Positions 1 to 13,254 of a DNA stretch of 64,000 nt are shown here, piece after piece. A program made the translations under genes and the position numbers. Position 1 is the stretch's first letter; each line of letters starts with the position of its first letter. The stretch is taken from NCBI GenBank assembly GCA_030390025.1, contig CM059431.1, positions 106,580,001 to 106,644,000 on the forward strand, in the 5' to 3' direction. The notes under the pieces were generated by a model, which was not told the DNA's origin, did no database searches, and saw only the letters and a program-made list of their open reading frames with translations. Origin of the DNA: Squalus acanthias. Lineage: Eukaryota.

Positions 1-1337
1 GCTCTGACCTAGGGCTCGGCAGTGGCATGGGAGTGTGAGTACTTGGAGAGGAGCCCCCACTTCCTTGTTCTCGACCACCACCATCTCTCTCATGGGTAAC
101 CCACACTTCACTGCTAGCAAGTAGCTGGAGAGCATCTTGCTGCACATCAGTGGGGCCATGTGGACCCGTCTCTGTACTGACAGTCCTCATAACGGGGACA
201 TCTATGTACCCCTGGTTCCTCTCCTTTATGGATGCCCATCTATCCTCCATAGCTGATCATCCATCTAGAAGAGTCACCATGTTGGTTTGTGTCTGGCGAT
301 TTATGTCCTCCATGGAGGTTGCCATCCTTTCCATGGTGGCACCTACATTCGCCATTGCCTCCACCACAGCATTGCTCATGTTTGAGATAGACTCCCCCAT
401 TCTCTGCACACTCACAGTTACCATGGATGCAAACCCAGACAGAGCCTCCTGCACTTGTTCCTGAAGCTCCAGCACCACTCTCTTTCTGGATGGCCCCCAA
501 GGCACAGGGTCCACATGCAGCTGAGCAGAGCTAGGAGCGTCCTGCGGCCTCCAACGAGGACTTTCCACTGCTGCCCCTGTCTCCACCATCTGCTGATGCT
601 CACTTGTGAGCTGTGATGCACCAGGTGACAACACTACTCTATCTCGCAAACGACCCACTGAGGTGTGCATCTCTGCGCTGGTGCAGGGTGCACTCATTTC
701 TGCTGACACTGCTCCCTCAGAGGCTGGAGGCTTCTCTGAGAAGGCCTCCTACTCTTCCTCCAGCACAGTGGGGAGGTAGGCTTTTGATGGTCCTGTGGGG
801 GAGTAAAGGCATGAGTTAGACATGTGATATGTAGGTTGCAGACACATCCCATTGTGCAGATGATCAGCATTCAATTTCTATGAACATCAGATCCCATATG
901 AGTCATGAATGCAAAATCAGTGGGTTGGAAATCAATTCTGTCACCAGCTTGCTGTACTGCGTCCGTCCCTCTGTCCCCCACTTCCAGCTCCTCTGCACCT
1001 CCCACGATCTCCAGAGGTACCTCCTCAGCGTGCGTTAGATGCGCCACGGATGGTGGGCCTCCTCCTGTCCTCCCCCTCTCCCTCTTATTGTGGGCTCTCT
1101 TTTCCTGCAATGAGGGAGACAAGTGGAGTTTCAGAGAGATTGATGGAGTGAGTGTAAAGAATGGATAACACTGACCTCCTCAGCAATTTTCAGCCAGGCT
1201 GCCTTGGTGTGCTGAGAAGACTTCCTCCTTCCATCGGAAGGGAAGAGGACCTCCTTGCTTCCTCTTACTCCCTCCACAAGAGCATGGAGGGAGTCATCAG
1301 CAAACCGGGGAGCAGCCTTGGTCCCTTGCACTGCCAT
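1..1337 (-). pseudogene. Spliced Myb/SANT-like (MSANTD-type) Harbinger accessory gene, disrupted
   Basis: Exon 1 reads MAVQGTKAAPRFADDSLHALVEGV...KAAWLKIAEEV and lacks its 3' part relative to the other copy. Exon 2 is 1104-945 (ttgcag|GAAAAG...CAAGCTG|gtgaca, EKRAHNKRERGRTGGGPP). Exon 3 starts at 792 (ccacag|GACC). Confidence 0.75.
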
Positions 1338-1567
1338 GCCTGCAGAAAAAAGAAAGTCCTAATCAAAGGGGACATGGCCCCCTTAAATATAGAGGCTCCC
1401 AGCGCGTCATCAAGCTTGATCAGCTGACCCGCACCCACCGATTGGGTCTTTAATGAGGCCAATCTGGGGGAAATCATTATTGTAGGGTGGCTGGAACTGG
1501 GAGCGGGACCGGAACCCGCCAAACGCGGACTCGCCATCATCCCGCCTCCGGGTGGAAAATCCAGCCC
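1..1567 (-). mobile_element. PIF/Harbinger-like DNA transposon carrying a Myb/SANT-like gene; runs off the left edge of the window
   Basis: Terminus reads GGGCTGGATTTTCCA on the minus strand (1567-1553) and resembles the TIR of 25288-28324. The encoded peptides are homologous to the Myb/SANT gene of that element. Confidence 0.8.
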
Positions 1568-1737
1568 TTCGTCTCTTCTGCGATACCCCTGTTAAATACC
1601 CCATTAAAAGTTAGACCCTTTGGATTAGGTGTAACTGGGGTTTTAACAGTGTATTGACTGTTAAACAAAGGTTATGGCCCTGAAAAATTCATTTTAATTT
1701 TGTGGAGTTTCAACTTTATTCATTTTAATAAAACTTA

Positions 1738-2630
1738 GGGGTAGAAATTAGGCCGCGCCCCATTTGGGGCGCAAATATCGTCTGGATGCAAATATTAGCG
1801 CCTGGCGCTAATTATCGGCACTGACGGGAAACTTCACTTTTACCGCCCCGGGAGGTGAGTGGAGCGCTAAATCAGGCGCTGCACACCTGTCTTAAGGCGC
1901 AAAGGCCAAGGAGTGAGGCGCTACCTCAGAGCGCTGGCGAAGCTCATGTAATGTCAGTCAGCAATGGAACACACACACAATGGCACGGGCCAGTTCTTAA
2001 AGGGGATGGTTAATCTTGCTTTCCATCCACATCCTGTTCATTGCAGCCTTGAATCTCGGCCTGGAGAGACTTGCACATCAAATGTGCTGGAAAGAACAAT
2101 GGAGAGTACCAGGCAAAGAGCTCAGAGTGCAGCTCCCACAGTCTCTGCTAAATCGATACAAGGAATGGCAAATCAAAATGAACCTGCAAAGTGCTGCTCA
2201 GTACCCAAAACTCCTTCACACAACGTTGAATCTCTCCAGAAGTCTCTCCCTCTCTCTCTCAGAATGCGTAGTTCAAAAATGCCACCAACAATAAAAGACA
2301 GGAAGAGGCCCCCTTTAAATAGTGCCCCCCCCAGCCCCACAGCGATTGATAGCGTTCCAGTCTTCCGGTCGTTGGAAGCGCCAGGCGGTAAGGCAGGGGG
2401 CGCCACTCAATTTCCGCTCCGGGGCGCCACAAGGGCGTTGCACCATGGAATGACGTCACAATCTGCGCGCGCAGGTGGTCGCAGCGGTAAGTTTGAGCGC
2501 CGCTGCACAATCTCAAGTTAAGTTCTCGAGCGGCGCAAACATCGCTGCGCCCGGGCGTTAGCAGCTTTGCGCCCCATTAGCGCCCTCTTAAGGCGCTAAC
2601 GGGAGGCGCAACCAACTGAATTTTTACCCC
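1738..2630. mobile_element. GC-rich MITE (Harbinger-type TIRs), apparently nested in an older MITE (~1570-3011)
   Basis: Termini GGGGTAGAAATT...AATTTTTACCCC with CpG-rich arms. The TSD is imperfect (TTA/AAA). Confidence 0.6.
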
Positions 2631-3629
2631 AAAATTTTTAATACACTTTCAAAAAAACATTTTTTTTCTTTAAAGTTTGTTCATCTTTATTTCAGGATTG
2701 CCTTTTCCCCATGTGAGAGCCCCAGTCTTTGTTTTGCTTTCCTGACATTTTTAAAAATTAGAATCAAAGGAGCTTCACCCACTTCCTGGTTTGCTGTCTG
2801 TGAGAATTCTGAATTTTAATTGGCTGCTTAAACAGCTTGTTGACGTCACATCAGCTCGCGTTAGGGATTCCCCATTAATGTGCATTGATTTCAATTATGC
2901 GTCAGAAAAGCCGAACTTCTCGCCACAGAGATCGCGAGATCTTTGCGGAAAGCTTACTTCAGGGTCAGCGGTGAATACCTTTTCTTCGCTGCTGACTGCA
3001 AATTACAGTCCTATGTAATTTCTGTTTGTAAATGTTTGGATTTTGCTTTATTTGACTACAATGTACCCTTGGGAAGAAAATGGCCACAGACTCTATGCAG
3101 CACTGCGCAAGGCCGTTTCCTCCTTGATGCCACTTTGGAATGCCAGTACATTAATGCTGTAAGTCCATGTAAATGAGGTAATTAATATTTATTCACTTTG
3201 TGATGCTCAGTAGAATAGCTAAAGCAGTGCCCACGAGGATCTGCCTGCCACGGTGCACCAACACATCCTCAGAGGGTACAATTCGACCCTGTGTTTGCTA
3301 ACTCAGCTCCTTCTCATTGATGGGTTCAGTAACTCCTTCAAACCACTTAACCTGAGGATGTTGTGAACTCTTAGAATCAGCCAAAGTCATTAAATGGTGA
3401 GACTCCCACTTGAACCATTCTCGGGTCCACCTTGAAATCAGAATGCAGTTGCTATTTACTAAACTCTGCAGATACACAAACTGTCGCTTCATTGAGAGTC
3501 AAATTACAGGCTTCTGTTATTGTGTCACGTTTACAGTTTTCGGGTTTGACTCAGATATTATCTGAGACGCACCGAAGCCAGTCACTGCCATAAGTGGTCC
3601 ACATGTCTTACGTTCAGGAGTGTGCCCAC

Positions 3630-5324
3630 TGTAAGGGGTTCGGGTGGCTCTGTGCTTAGCCTGGGTGCTAGTGCGGGGTTAGGCCTTGTTGTCTGTTCTG
3701 GTCTCCAGCCAGCCTGGTAACACTAGACACCGGTGAGTGGTTCGACCCACTCGCCCTTATGGTTCTGACACTGGACTTAGGTGCGAGAGCAATAATGCAG
3801 AGAAAAACTCAGGTAGACCCGGTTGAATAGTGCGAAATGGAAAATCTTTATTGCATATTATTCAAAATTACGAAGTACATGTCATAAGCACAGATCAATG
3901 ACAGTACAAACTTACACATGGTTATGTAACTAAAGCTTGGGAAATGAGGAGTGCACGACACATCGAAAAAGGGGACACACATTATAATTATCCTTAAAAC
4001 ATAAACCCTCCCCTATCAATACCTGTCCTAATCTAGATTTGTAGGATCGAGACTCATGCTCACCACTCGTGATAACTCGGAGAATTCCGAAACTCTGCTC
4101 GGATGTTTTCACCACAGCACCTGACTATCCATGTGTTGATCAGGGGTCTCTGTAACCCACTTGTTTACTCGCTTCTGCTCCGGCTAGCAGGCTGGACCGT
4201 CTGCTGTCATGAAGATCTGTGTTGACCTCGGAACTCTGATAAAACTCAAAGAAGAGTCTTCCTATGCCCGGCATCCGTTAGCCGGTAAAATTCAAAGAAG
4301 TGTCTTTTCGGACCGACACCAGTTGTGGAGTAGCCGATAGAATTCGAAGAAATGGTCCTTATATTTAGAGGCGCGGTCAGGGTTTACTGACTGTGGCGAT
4401 ACGTATTGTCGTCTTCTTCTCTTCTCATCTCATCTCATCTCATCTCATCTCCTCTCGGGCCTTCGGTTCCAACACCGTTTACCGACTTCTCGGGATGGTG
4501 CGCCCACTTATCGGCCTTCACAGTCCAGTTCTCCACAGATCTTCGCGGCAAGCCACGAGGTTGACTCCCGGAAAATCAATGGATCAGAGAATGAGAGTCC
4601 AGAGGCCCAGTCGGTGGTAAAGAATGACAGCACGATGAACAGCCAGAGGATAAGAGCGATAAGAGTCGGTGGTCGGCAGAGAATAAGAGAAAGATGGACG
4701 TTTGGACACTACAGTTTATAGTACTGTAATTCCTTATCTCCCGCCCAATCGTAATGTCCATCTTTTGTCATGTTTTGGCGCTCAAACTTCTTGTATGGGG
4801 TGGTACTTGTCGTTAATGGGTCCCGGTGATACTTGTAACTGTTTGAGTACCCGTTAATATTTCTCCCATTGTGGAACCGGCTAGTAGTCTCCCTGGAGGG
4901 GTTTTTGGGGGCTTCCAAATGCTTGCTGTGAGTACCCGTGAACGGCTCTCTCATCGTAGAGCCGTGGGGATTTTGCATATCAATGTCTTTGGATGGGTCC
5001 CTAATTGCTCAGTACAATAGCCCTCGTTTTTGCATGGAAAACCCGATTCCAGTATTTATGTTTAAAATGCAAACCCATCGCGTCTTGTCATTATCTCAAA
5101 TGTGCTGAGTCCTGTCCGATCTTGCTGAAGTGTTTATTGAAACGGCATCTTGTCTGCCTACTGAAAGTCTAGAACATTCTGCCACGAGGCGTGGCGGCCA
5201 TTTTACAGGCTGCTTGTGTCCTTTTTGAAACATGACAGTATTTTGCTGAAATAAAGCTGTTTATACGAAACTTTATGTCTCCTTCTTATTATTATAAAAT
5301 CGCGATAATTTTGCGAATTCTACA
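3630..5324 (-). mobile_element. Solo LTR (1695 bp)
   Basis: TGTA...TACA termini and a 4-bp TSD CCAC (3626-3629, 5325-5328). AATAAA on the minus strand near 3850, a TATA-like motif near 4360, and a GGTTCGA hairpin as in the other LTRs. Confidence 0.85.
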
Positions 5325-6349
5325 CCACAGTGCCCAATATCAATACAATAACATAATCAGGGGGTTAACAATAGGACCTGCTGGTGATCTGAACTGGATA
5401 TTGTGTCTTTTGCACATGCCCTCCCACGCACTTCTCCAATCTTTTTGAAGACAGACAGAAAAAGCTCTTAGTGAGATGAGGCCAGATATAAATTGTTAAG
5501 CTGCAAGTAACTCACAACTGAACATACTGAATAACAGTTAGAGCATATTTCATTTGCTCAATCTCACTTTTCTCTCTTGAAAAACCTGAGAATAAATGAT
5601 AAATTATGTGGCCTCTCACTTTCATTCTGACTTACTTTTTTTTGGGCATTACCTTTTAAGACAACTTCTAACTGCAAACTAACCCCTTGCATCTTAGCTT
5701 CCAGCTCTGGGTCACGGGTGTGGAGGATGCATTCTGTTCAGTTGACTGACTCTCCTTTCTGCTCTCTCTTCCCAGCCAATGGAAAGTCTGTGATTCTGAC
5801 TTACTTCCTTGTTCAGTGATTCGCTTGTAGGTTTGTTAACAAAACCAGCTAACTCTCCTATCTCGTTAGGGTGCAGGGACAAAGAAAACAACTCCTGCGA
5901 TTCTCGATATGAATCGAGGCCATCTTCATTAATAGGCCTGAGACCCTCATTGTATTGATTTACAATAGATTGTGAGTTATGAAATTCTATAAACTGGCTT
6001 GTCTGATTTTACTACACATTTTCAATGCCTGTAACCTGTTGCCTTTTTTTTAAACGAAGTGTATATTGACACCGTCATGTCCGCCAATGAGTTGGAGGTG
6101 GGGCGAGACTTACGGTCGGACTCACAGCAGACAAAATCTATTTACTCAGCAAACAGAGTCTATTTAAACAGCACACTACAGCAAACAGAACTCATGACCG
6201 AAACTACAGCAAAGTCTCCCAATAAAACCAAGATTATTTCTCCAGCAAAATATAGTGAACGGAGGATAGCTACACAACTCAAATGATGTGCGTAAAATCA
6301 ATCCCAGTCACTTACAGCAGTGCGGTCTCCAGGCACATTATCTCCCGGT

Positions 6350-6770
6350 TAAGCAGCGCCTCGATTTCAAAATTCTCATCCTTGTTTTCAAATCCCTCCA
6401 TGGCCTCGCCCCTTCCCTATCTCTGTAATCTCCTTCAGCCACACAACCCCCCCGAGATATCTGCGCTTCTCTAATTCTGCCCTCTTGAGCATCCCTGATT
6501 ATAATCGCTCAACCTTTGGTGGCCGTGCCTTCTGTTGCCTGGGCCCTAAGCTCTGGAATTCCCTGCCTAAACCTGTCCGCCTCGCTACCTCTCTTTCCTC
6601 CTTTAAGACGCTCCTTAAAACCTACCTCTTTGACCAAGCTTTTGGTCACCTGCCCTAATTTATCCTTTTGTGGCTCGGTGTCAAATTTTTTGTCTTAAAA
6701 TTCTCCTGTGCAGCGCCTTGGGACGTTTTACTACGTTAAAGGCGCTATGTAAATACAAGTTGTTGTTGTG
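6350..6770 (+). mobile_element. L2 LINE 3' fragment
   Basis: DFKILILVFKSLHGLAP-type 3' region with a (TTG)n tail. Near-identical copies at 42085-42650 and 62955-63300. Confidence 0.8.
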
Positions 6771-7274
6771 ATTGACGGGGGAATTACCCAATCATCTCCA
6801 TTCTAGCCGGGACTTCTGGTGTCACTCTATGCAACCTTTTGTACAACCTGCGCAAATTCACTTTGCATTAAAACACAACCCTTAAGCACAACTCAATCCC
6901 AAGGTTTGTACTTGTTCCTGCTATCAGGTTAAATTGCAGAGTGGAAGGTGACCAGAGAGCTCCACAGGGAAAGACGGCCTTCGGAACACAAGGAACCTAC
7001 CTGCATGAATTACACATCCGTGTCATAAGGAAACAGGTAATCCCAAAGCCTCCGGCAAAGTAGCAACTAATTTGACTGGCTCACATAATGGATGGCTGCA
7101 ATGGCTCTGATACATGCCGGTCAAAAATTATTTGTTAATTTGTTTAAAACATGCATATTAATTACCAATAGCTGAAAGATCCATTTGGAATCTTTAATTT
7201 TTAAAGAAAAAAAACCATACGTCATTAAAGCTTGGAGTCGATTGTAACTGTTCCCGCTGGGCGGGAGTGGGGCA

Positions 7275-7637
7275 TAAGAACTAGGAGCAGGAGTAGGCCA
7301 TACGGCCCTTCGAGCCTGCTCCACCATTCAATAAGATCAAGGCTGATCTTCGACCTCAACTCCACTTTCCCTCCCGACCCCCATATCCCTTGATTCCTCT
7401 GGAGTCCAAATATCTATCGATCTCAGCCTTGAATATACTCAACGACTGAGCATCCACAGCACTTTGGGGTAGAGAATTCCAAAGATTCACAACCCTCTGA
7501 GTGAAGAAATTCCTCCTCATCTCAGTCTTAAAAGGCCGGCCCCTTATCCTGAGACTGTGCCCCCTAGTTCGAGACTCTCCAGGCAGGGGAAACAACCTCT
7601 CAGCAATTATTCTGTCAATTCCTCTCAGAATCTTATA
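7275..7637 (-). mobile_element. CR1 LINE 3' fragment
   Basis: ESRTRGHSLRIRGRPFKTEMRRNFFTQRVVNLWNSLP plus the CR1 3' UTR. Confidence 0.9.
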
Positions 7638-9334
7638 TGGGTCGCCACCCGTTTTAGACCCCGCTTGCTTTTCCAATGGAAAAGAAGATCAGGCAGGGTG
7701 TAAAACAATGGCTAACCCGCTGCCTCCTGTTTCCTGCCCGGAAGTAAAGACAATTGGCTCCCCACTTGCACCATAACAGATTCCTGAGGGAGTACCGCGC
7801 CAACAGCTCCATTGCCCGCAGCTAATTGAAGACGCCCTGTGAATCTAATTTCAGATTCAGAGGTGGGGGGGTGGGGGGGGGGGAGAGGGGGTGAAGGATC
7901 TGAATATGTTTGAGCCACCGGAATAAGAGAGGGTAGCATGTGCTACTTGATGTTTACATTAGGGATGAGAGGTGGCGAACCATTTCTTGGCTGATTTGTG
8001 GTTCACTTGAAGCAGCTGCTGGTTCTCCAGAAGCATATTCTCAATCTACATGAACAGTTGTTGCTTCTGCTGAAGCAGCTGTTGGAGTTGCTGAAGGAGC
8101 ACTTGGGACATTCTGTGCCAGATCTTAACTTGCCTGCACCAGCTGATTCACAAGTGAATACATCCCAGGGGGTGTCTGAATAGATAATTTCACCGCGATT
8201 ACGAAGCGAGCAGTTTTCCATCAGGCTTTGCGATCAGTCACAACCTCAGCTGAGGACTTAGTTCTGTCTGAGGTGTGGGGAGGAAAATGGAGCGGGGATG
8301 GTCGCTTTTGCTGTCAGAGGAGGGGGGGGTGGAAGCTATTGGTGTCTGTAGCTTGTAGCAATATATAACATAGCTGGCTTCAAAGGCTTAATGGGCAACT
8401 ACACTGCATGGTGTATTATTGACCTACGGAGACCAAAAAGGTATCAGGTCCTATTCATGGTCGGAGCTGAGTTGGTCTAAGGTTGCAGTGAGGAGGGAAA
8501 TGTGCTGTGCAATGATCCACTGCTTTTAGGAAATGAGAGGGGAGGGGAGCAAATTAGAGGGAAACTAGAGGGGGCAGGTAGTATATCAAATGTAACATCC
8601 TTGGTTCTCGAGTGCTGCATGTACTGTTTGTAGTTCTGGAGTTGAAAGGGGTCTGGGCTCCACTGAGAATTGGAACAAAGCATTTCTGTTTGGGCTCAAA
8701 GAAATGAGAGTGGCCGGGAAGAATGATTTTTGAGACAGGTTTAAAAAAAAATATGAAAATCATTGTGGCATTGGAACACCACCGCATGGTGCCAATGAGT
8801 GGAGGGCACTGGTTTGAGTCACCACCCTGTTGCGTTCTCCATCTGAGCCTTGCTTTGTAGGGAAACAGAGAGGAGCCCATATATCTTACTAATAATGCAT
8901 GCCTCCAATGGTTGCTCCTCATATGCTTCAGAGCAGAATGCCTGCCCTGTCTTCTCAATTTTGGATGCTTAGCTAAAATTTTGAAGCAGTCATTAGTGTG
9001 GTTAGTAAAAGAAGATTAGGAGCAATGTGAGTAAAACTGAGAATTTAATTCTGTGTTCAAAGCTAGATTGAGGCAGCCAGGAAGGCATTGAGACAGCAGC
9101 TTGAATTGGTGAGTAAGTAGTTTAGAGATCCAGTGGAAAGTAGCAGATCAGTCAGATTGTGCCATGGCTCAGTGGTAGCACTCAGCCTTTGGCTTCCTAA
9201 TGAGTAGTGAATTAGTCCATGTCAATCTCTTTGTCTCTCTCCCTCCTCCTCCTTCCTCCCCTCTACCATCCATCTTCTGTAGAAGCATGAAAAGTGTAAT
9301 GAGTTTTCTGCTGTCCATTTTTATCTTCTTGTTA

Positions 9335-9790
9335 GGCTCAGCTGTGGCTCAGTGGGTAGCACTCTCGCCTCTGAGTCAGAAGGTTGTGGGTATCAAGTCC
9401 CACTCCAGAGACTTGAGCACAAAAATCTAGGTTGACACTGCAGTGCAGTACTGAGGGAGTGCTGCACTGTCGGAGGTGCTGTCTTTTGGATCAAATGTTA
9501 AGCCTGCTCTCTCAGGTGGATGTAAAAGATCCCATGGCACTATTCGAAGAAGAGCAGTGGAGTTCTGCCCCGGTGTCCTGGCCAATATTTATCCCTCAAC
9601 CAACAACAGTAAAACAGATGATCTGGTCATTATCACATTGCTGTTTGTGGGAGCTTGTTGTGAGCAAATTGGCTGCCACGTTTTCTCCATTACAACAATG
9701 ACTACATTTCAAAAAAGCACTTAATTAACTGTAAAGCGCTTTGCGACATCCTTTGGTCGTGAAAGGTGCTATATAAAAAGAGAACTTTTG
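9335..9790 (+). mobile_element. tRNA-derived DeuSINE (SacSINE1/AmnSINE1-like)
   Basis: A-box TGGCTCAGTGG, B-box-like region, Deu-type central domain (GATCCCATGGCACTATT...CAAATTGGCTGCC) and an L2-like tail. Confidence 0.85.
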
Positions 9791-10291
9791 TTTATTGTGG
9801 AAGTTAATTAACAGTGTTCAAAAAAAAAATGAAAAAGGTGAACGAGAATTAAAACACAATAGTGACAAAGTTGAAAGGATGTTAATGAGTTGCATGAGCA
9901 GGAACAAGATGACCAATAGCAGTTCTTCATAAAGTAGGATGTTCATGAATATTGATTATTAGATGTGATGTTGTTATGTGTATACTCACAATTGAAACCA
10001 AAGGAGTCACGTGCTTTAAAAAAAAAATGGATGAGGGGGAAAATTGTTCATTTGTCCCTTTGAGAACTATAGTAAAAATTGTTAAAATGTTTTAAATGTA
10101 TTTTTGTCAAACTTCTGCTAGTGGATTTCTGACCTATTTGGTCACTGACCCATATGAAACAGGTAAGTGTAGAGATGTACAGGAAAATCCAGCTGCCGTC
10201 TATTCAACCATCCACATTAAAATTGTAAAAAAGATGGTACCCCTGGCCAGTGACTGAACTCTGCTGGGTATTTATTTTTTAAAATAACATT

Positions 10292-11054
10292 GGCCCAGAA
10301 ATTCGCCTCTCCGGCTTGCCGCGGGGGTAAGGATCGAGGGCGCACTTACCTACCGCGCCTGCCGTTGTGTTTTGGGCCCACGGGAACTTCAGCTCCTGGG
10401 CCTCTCCCAACTGCCGGCGCGCAGTGCTTGCGTGTTCCAGGGGCGCAGTTAGTGCGATGCGTCCCCTGGGATCACGTGGGCCATGGAGAGCCAATGGCAG
10501 CAGACCATCTTTCATTCATAGATTTGACAGGAAGACCTGTCAAATCTGTGAATTGAAATCGGCCCCAAAAGAACAGCTAAACTTAAAATACATTTTTAAA
10601 AAACCATCACATTTATAAAATAACTATAGTTAAATAAATTAACCACTTTAAACAAAAATTTAAATTTTTGAAAAAATTAAAATACTTTTTAAAAGTGATA
10701 AAAATAAACTTACCTTTCTTTAAAGTATCTAAAAAAGATAAAGCTGTTGAAATTTTTTTAAATTATACTTAATTAACTACTTACCTTGTTGAAAACGGGT
10801 CTTGCGCCTCCTTTTTAATAGCATAGTTTCTTCAATACTTACCCTCGCGTAGAAACTTGAAAAAAAATCTAAGTGTGCTGCGTGCGCGCAGCCTCTACCG
10901 CGCACGCGGTTCACCTAGGAACCGCCCCCTTCACCAGACCGGAAGTTCCGGTTTCCCGCGCATGCGCAGTGCATGCAGGAAACCGGCACTTCGGGACGTC
11001 TTACGGGTGAGTACGCACTGTGTACTCACGAGGGAAGGGCCGAATTTTTGGCCC
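10292..11054. mobile_element. MITE, family A (Harbinger-type), in inverted orientation relative to the other two copies
   Basis: TIRs GGCCCAGAAATTCG / CGAATTTTTGGCCC with a 3-bp TSD ATT. Homologous to 18796-19539 and 57536-58299. Confidence 0.85.
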
Positions 11055-11174
11055 ATTATTGATGGTAGAATCACAATATCTGTTTCAGGCATCCACAGTA
11101 TTGTGCTTTTGTATCACAATTACTGTGACTGTACTGAGGATGTGATAAGGTGCTACATAAACGAGAGCCCTCCG

Positions 11175-11995
11175 AGATTTTAATCGCCCCACCATTGGCG
11201 GCCGTGCCTTCAGCTGCCTGGGGCCCAAGCTCTGTAATTCCCTCCCTAAACCTCTCTGCCTCTCTACCTCCCTCTCCTCCCTCCGAAAAACCTACCTCTT
11301 TGACCAAGCTTTTGGTCATCTGTCCTAATATCTCCCTCTTTGGCTCAGTGTCAAATTATGTCTGATAATGCTGTGAGCAAATTGGCTGCCACGTTTCCTA
11401 CATTACCACAGTGACTACACTTCAAAAAAAGTACCGAATTGAAAGTAAAGTAAAGCGCTTTGCGACATCCTGTGGTCGTGAAAGGTGCTATATAAGCGCA
11501 AGTCTTTCTTTTATTGTGAAGCGCCTTGGGACGTTTTGCTACATTAAAGGCGCTATATAAAGTTTAGAAGAATGAGAGGTGATCTCATTGAAACATACAA
11601 AATTCTTACAGGGCTTGACAGGGTAGATGGAGGGAGGATGTTTCCCCTGGCAGGGGAGTCTAGAACCAGGGGTCACAGTCTCAGAATAAGGGGTCGGCCA
11701 TTTAGGACTGAGATGAGGAGAAATTTCTTCAATCAGAGGGTGGTGAACCTGTGGAATTCTCGACCCCAGAGGGCTGTGGAGGCTCAGTCGTTGAGTATAT
11801 TCAAGATAGAGATCGATAGATTTTTGAATATTAAGGGAATCAAGGGATATGGGGATCGGGCAGGAAAGTGGAGATGAGGTAGAAGATCAGCCATGATCTT
11901 ATTGAATGGTGGAGCAGGCTCGAAGGGCCAAATGACTGACTCCTGCTCCTATTCCTTATGTTCTTATGATCTTAGAAATGCAAGTTGTTGTTGTA
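11175..11995 (+). mobile_element. Nested L2 3' end containing a DeuSINE 3' fragment (~11370-11512) and a CR1 3' fragment (~11561-11975)
   Basis: The L2 tail is interrupted twice and resumes as AAATGCAAGTTGTTG at ~11976. ORF 11572-11877 is the CR1 ORF2 C-terminus. Confidence 0.8.
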
Positions 11996-12129
11996 GAGCC
12001 CATACTTTCTTTATCAGTGACCAATACCCCATGATAAAAACAGAAAAGGTTGGAAACTCTCAGCAGTTCAGTCAGACATCGATGGAAAAGCAACAGTCAA
12101 TATATCAAGCCTTCCTCGTGACTAGAAGA

Positions 12130-13215
12130 CATGATGTGGAGATGCCGGCGTTGGACTGGGGTGGACAAAAATGAGAAGTCGCACAACACCAGGTTATAGT
12201 CCAACAGATTTATTTAATTTTACAAGCTTTCGGAGCTGTCGCTCCTTCCTCAGGTAAGTTAGCAGTGAGAGAATCTCCCAGAATTCACAATTTAAACACA
12301 GACAAAATCTATTCAAATATTTCCCTACATCAAAGACACACTAAGAGCACAGCCAAGACAATGAGATGTGTCCCAGGGGGTCCAACGTGTCAAACCACCT
12401 GCTGGCTGCATATCCTGTCAATTTGTGTTGGTTCTTGTGCTAGTCTTTTTTAAAAAAAACACCTGGGAAGACTGGCCATGATGTCAAGTCACGTTCTGTA
12501 TCGTGACATGAACCCGATATCGCGATTGAGGCCATCCTCATGAGTGCGGAACTTGGCTATCAGTTTCTGCTCTATGATTTTGCGCTGTCGTGTATCCCGA
12601 AGGCCGCCCTGGAGAACGCTTACCCGCAGATCCGAGGCTGAATGCCCCTGGCTGCTGAAGAGTTCCCCGACTGGGAGGGAACCCTCCTGCCTGGCGATTG
12701 TTGCGCGGTGTCCGTTCATACGTTGTCTCAGTGTCTGCATGGTCTCGCCAATGTACCATGCTCTGGAGCATCCTTTACTGCAACGTATCAGGTAGACAAC
12801 GTTGGCCGAGTCACATGAGTATGTACCGTGTACCTGGTGGGTAGTGTCCTCACGTGTGATGATGGTATCTGTGTCCATGATTTGGCATGTCTTGCAGAGG
12901 TTGCCGTGGCAGGGTTGTGTGGTGTCTTGGTTGCTGTTCTCCTGAAAGATGGGTAATCTGCTGCGAACGATGGTACTTTTGAGGTTAGGCGGCTGCTTGA
13001 AGGCGAGTAGTGGAGGCGTTGGGATGGCCTTAGCAAGGTGTTCGTCGTCATCGATGACATGTTGAAGGCTGCGAAGAACATGGCGTAGTTTTTCCGCTCC
13101 GGGGAAGTACTGGACGACGTAGGGTACTCTGTTGGTTGTGTCCCGTGTTCGTCTTCTGAGGAGGTCTATGCGGTTTTTTGCTGTGGCCCGTCGGAACTGT
13201 CGATCGACGAGTCTA
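12130..13215 (-). mobile_element. Penelope-like element, 5'-truncated, with GIY-YIG endonuclease
   Basis: ORF 12489-13301 has C-x4-C-x2-C, NVVYLIRC...WYIGET...LRQRMNGH and GLNRD motifs. The terminal region carries a hammerhead motif. Confidence 0.9.
12220..12257 (-). ncRNA. Minimal type I hammerhead ribozyme motif (Penelope)
   Basis: Minus strand reads TTAC-CTGAGGA-A-GGAGC gaca GCTCC-GAAA-GCTT-GTAA. Confidence 0.7.
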
Positions 13216-13254
13216 GAAGAGATTACAGATTTAAAAAAAGAATAGGGAAAGGGG

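Noticed and set aside
1964..2521. 185-aa ORF
   Set aside because: It lies inside a GC-rich MITE and has no recognisable domain.
7998..8183. Leu/Gln-rich ORF resembling a leucine zipper
   Set aside because: Short and low-complexity, with no splice or homology support; probably decayed transposon sequence.
9335..9430. tRNA genes at the SINE heads
   Set aside because: The A/B boxes run directly into SINE bodies found in several copies, so these are SINE promoters.
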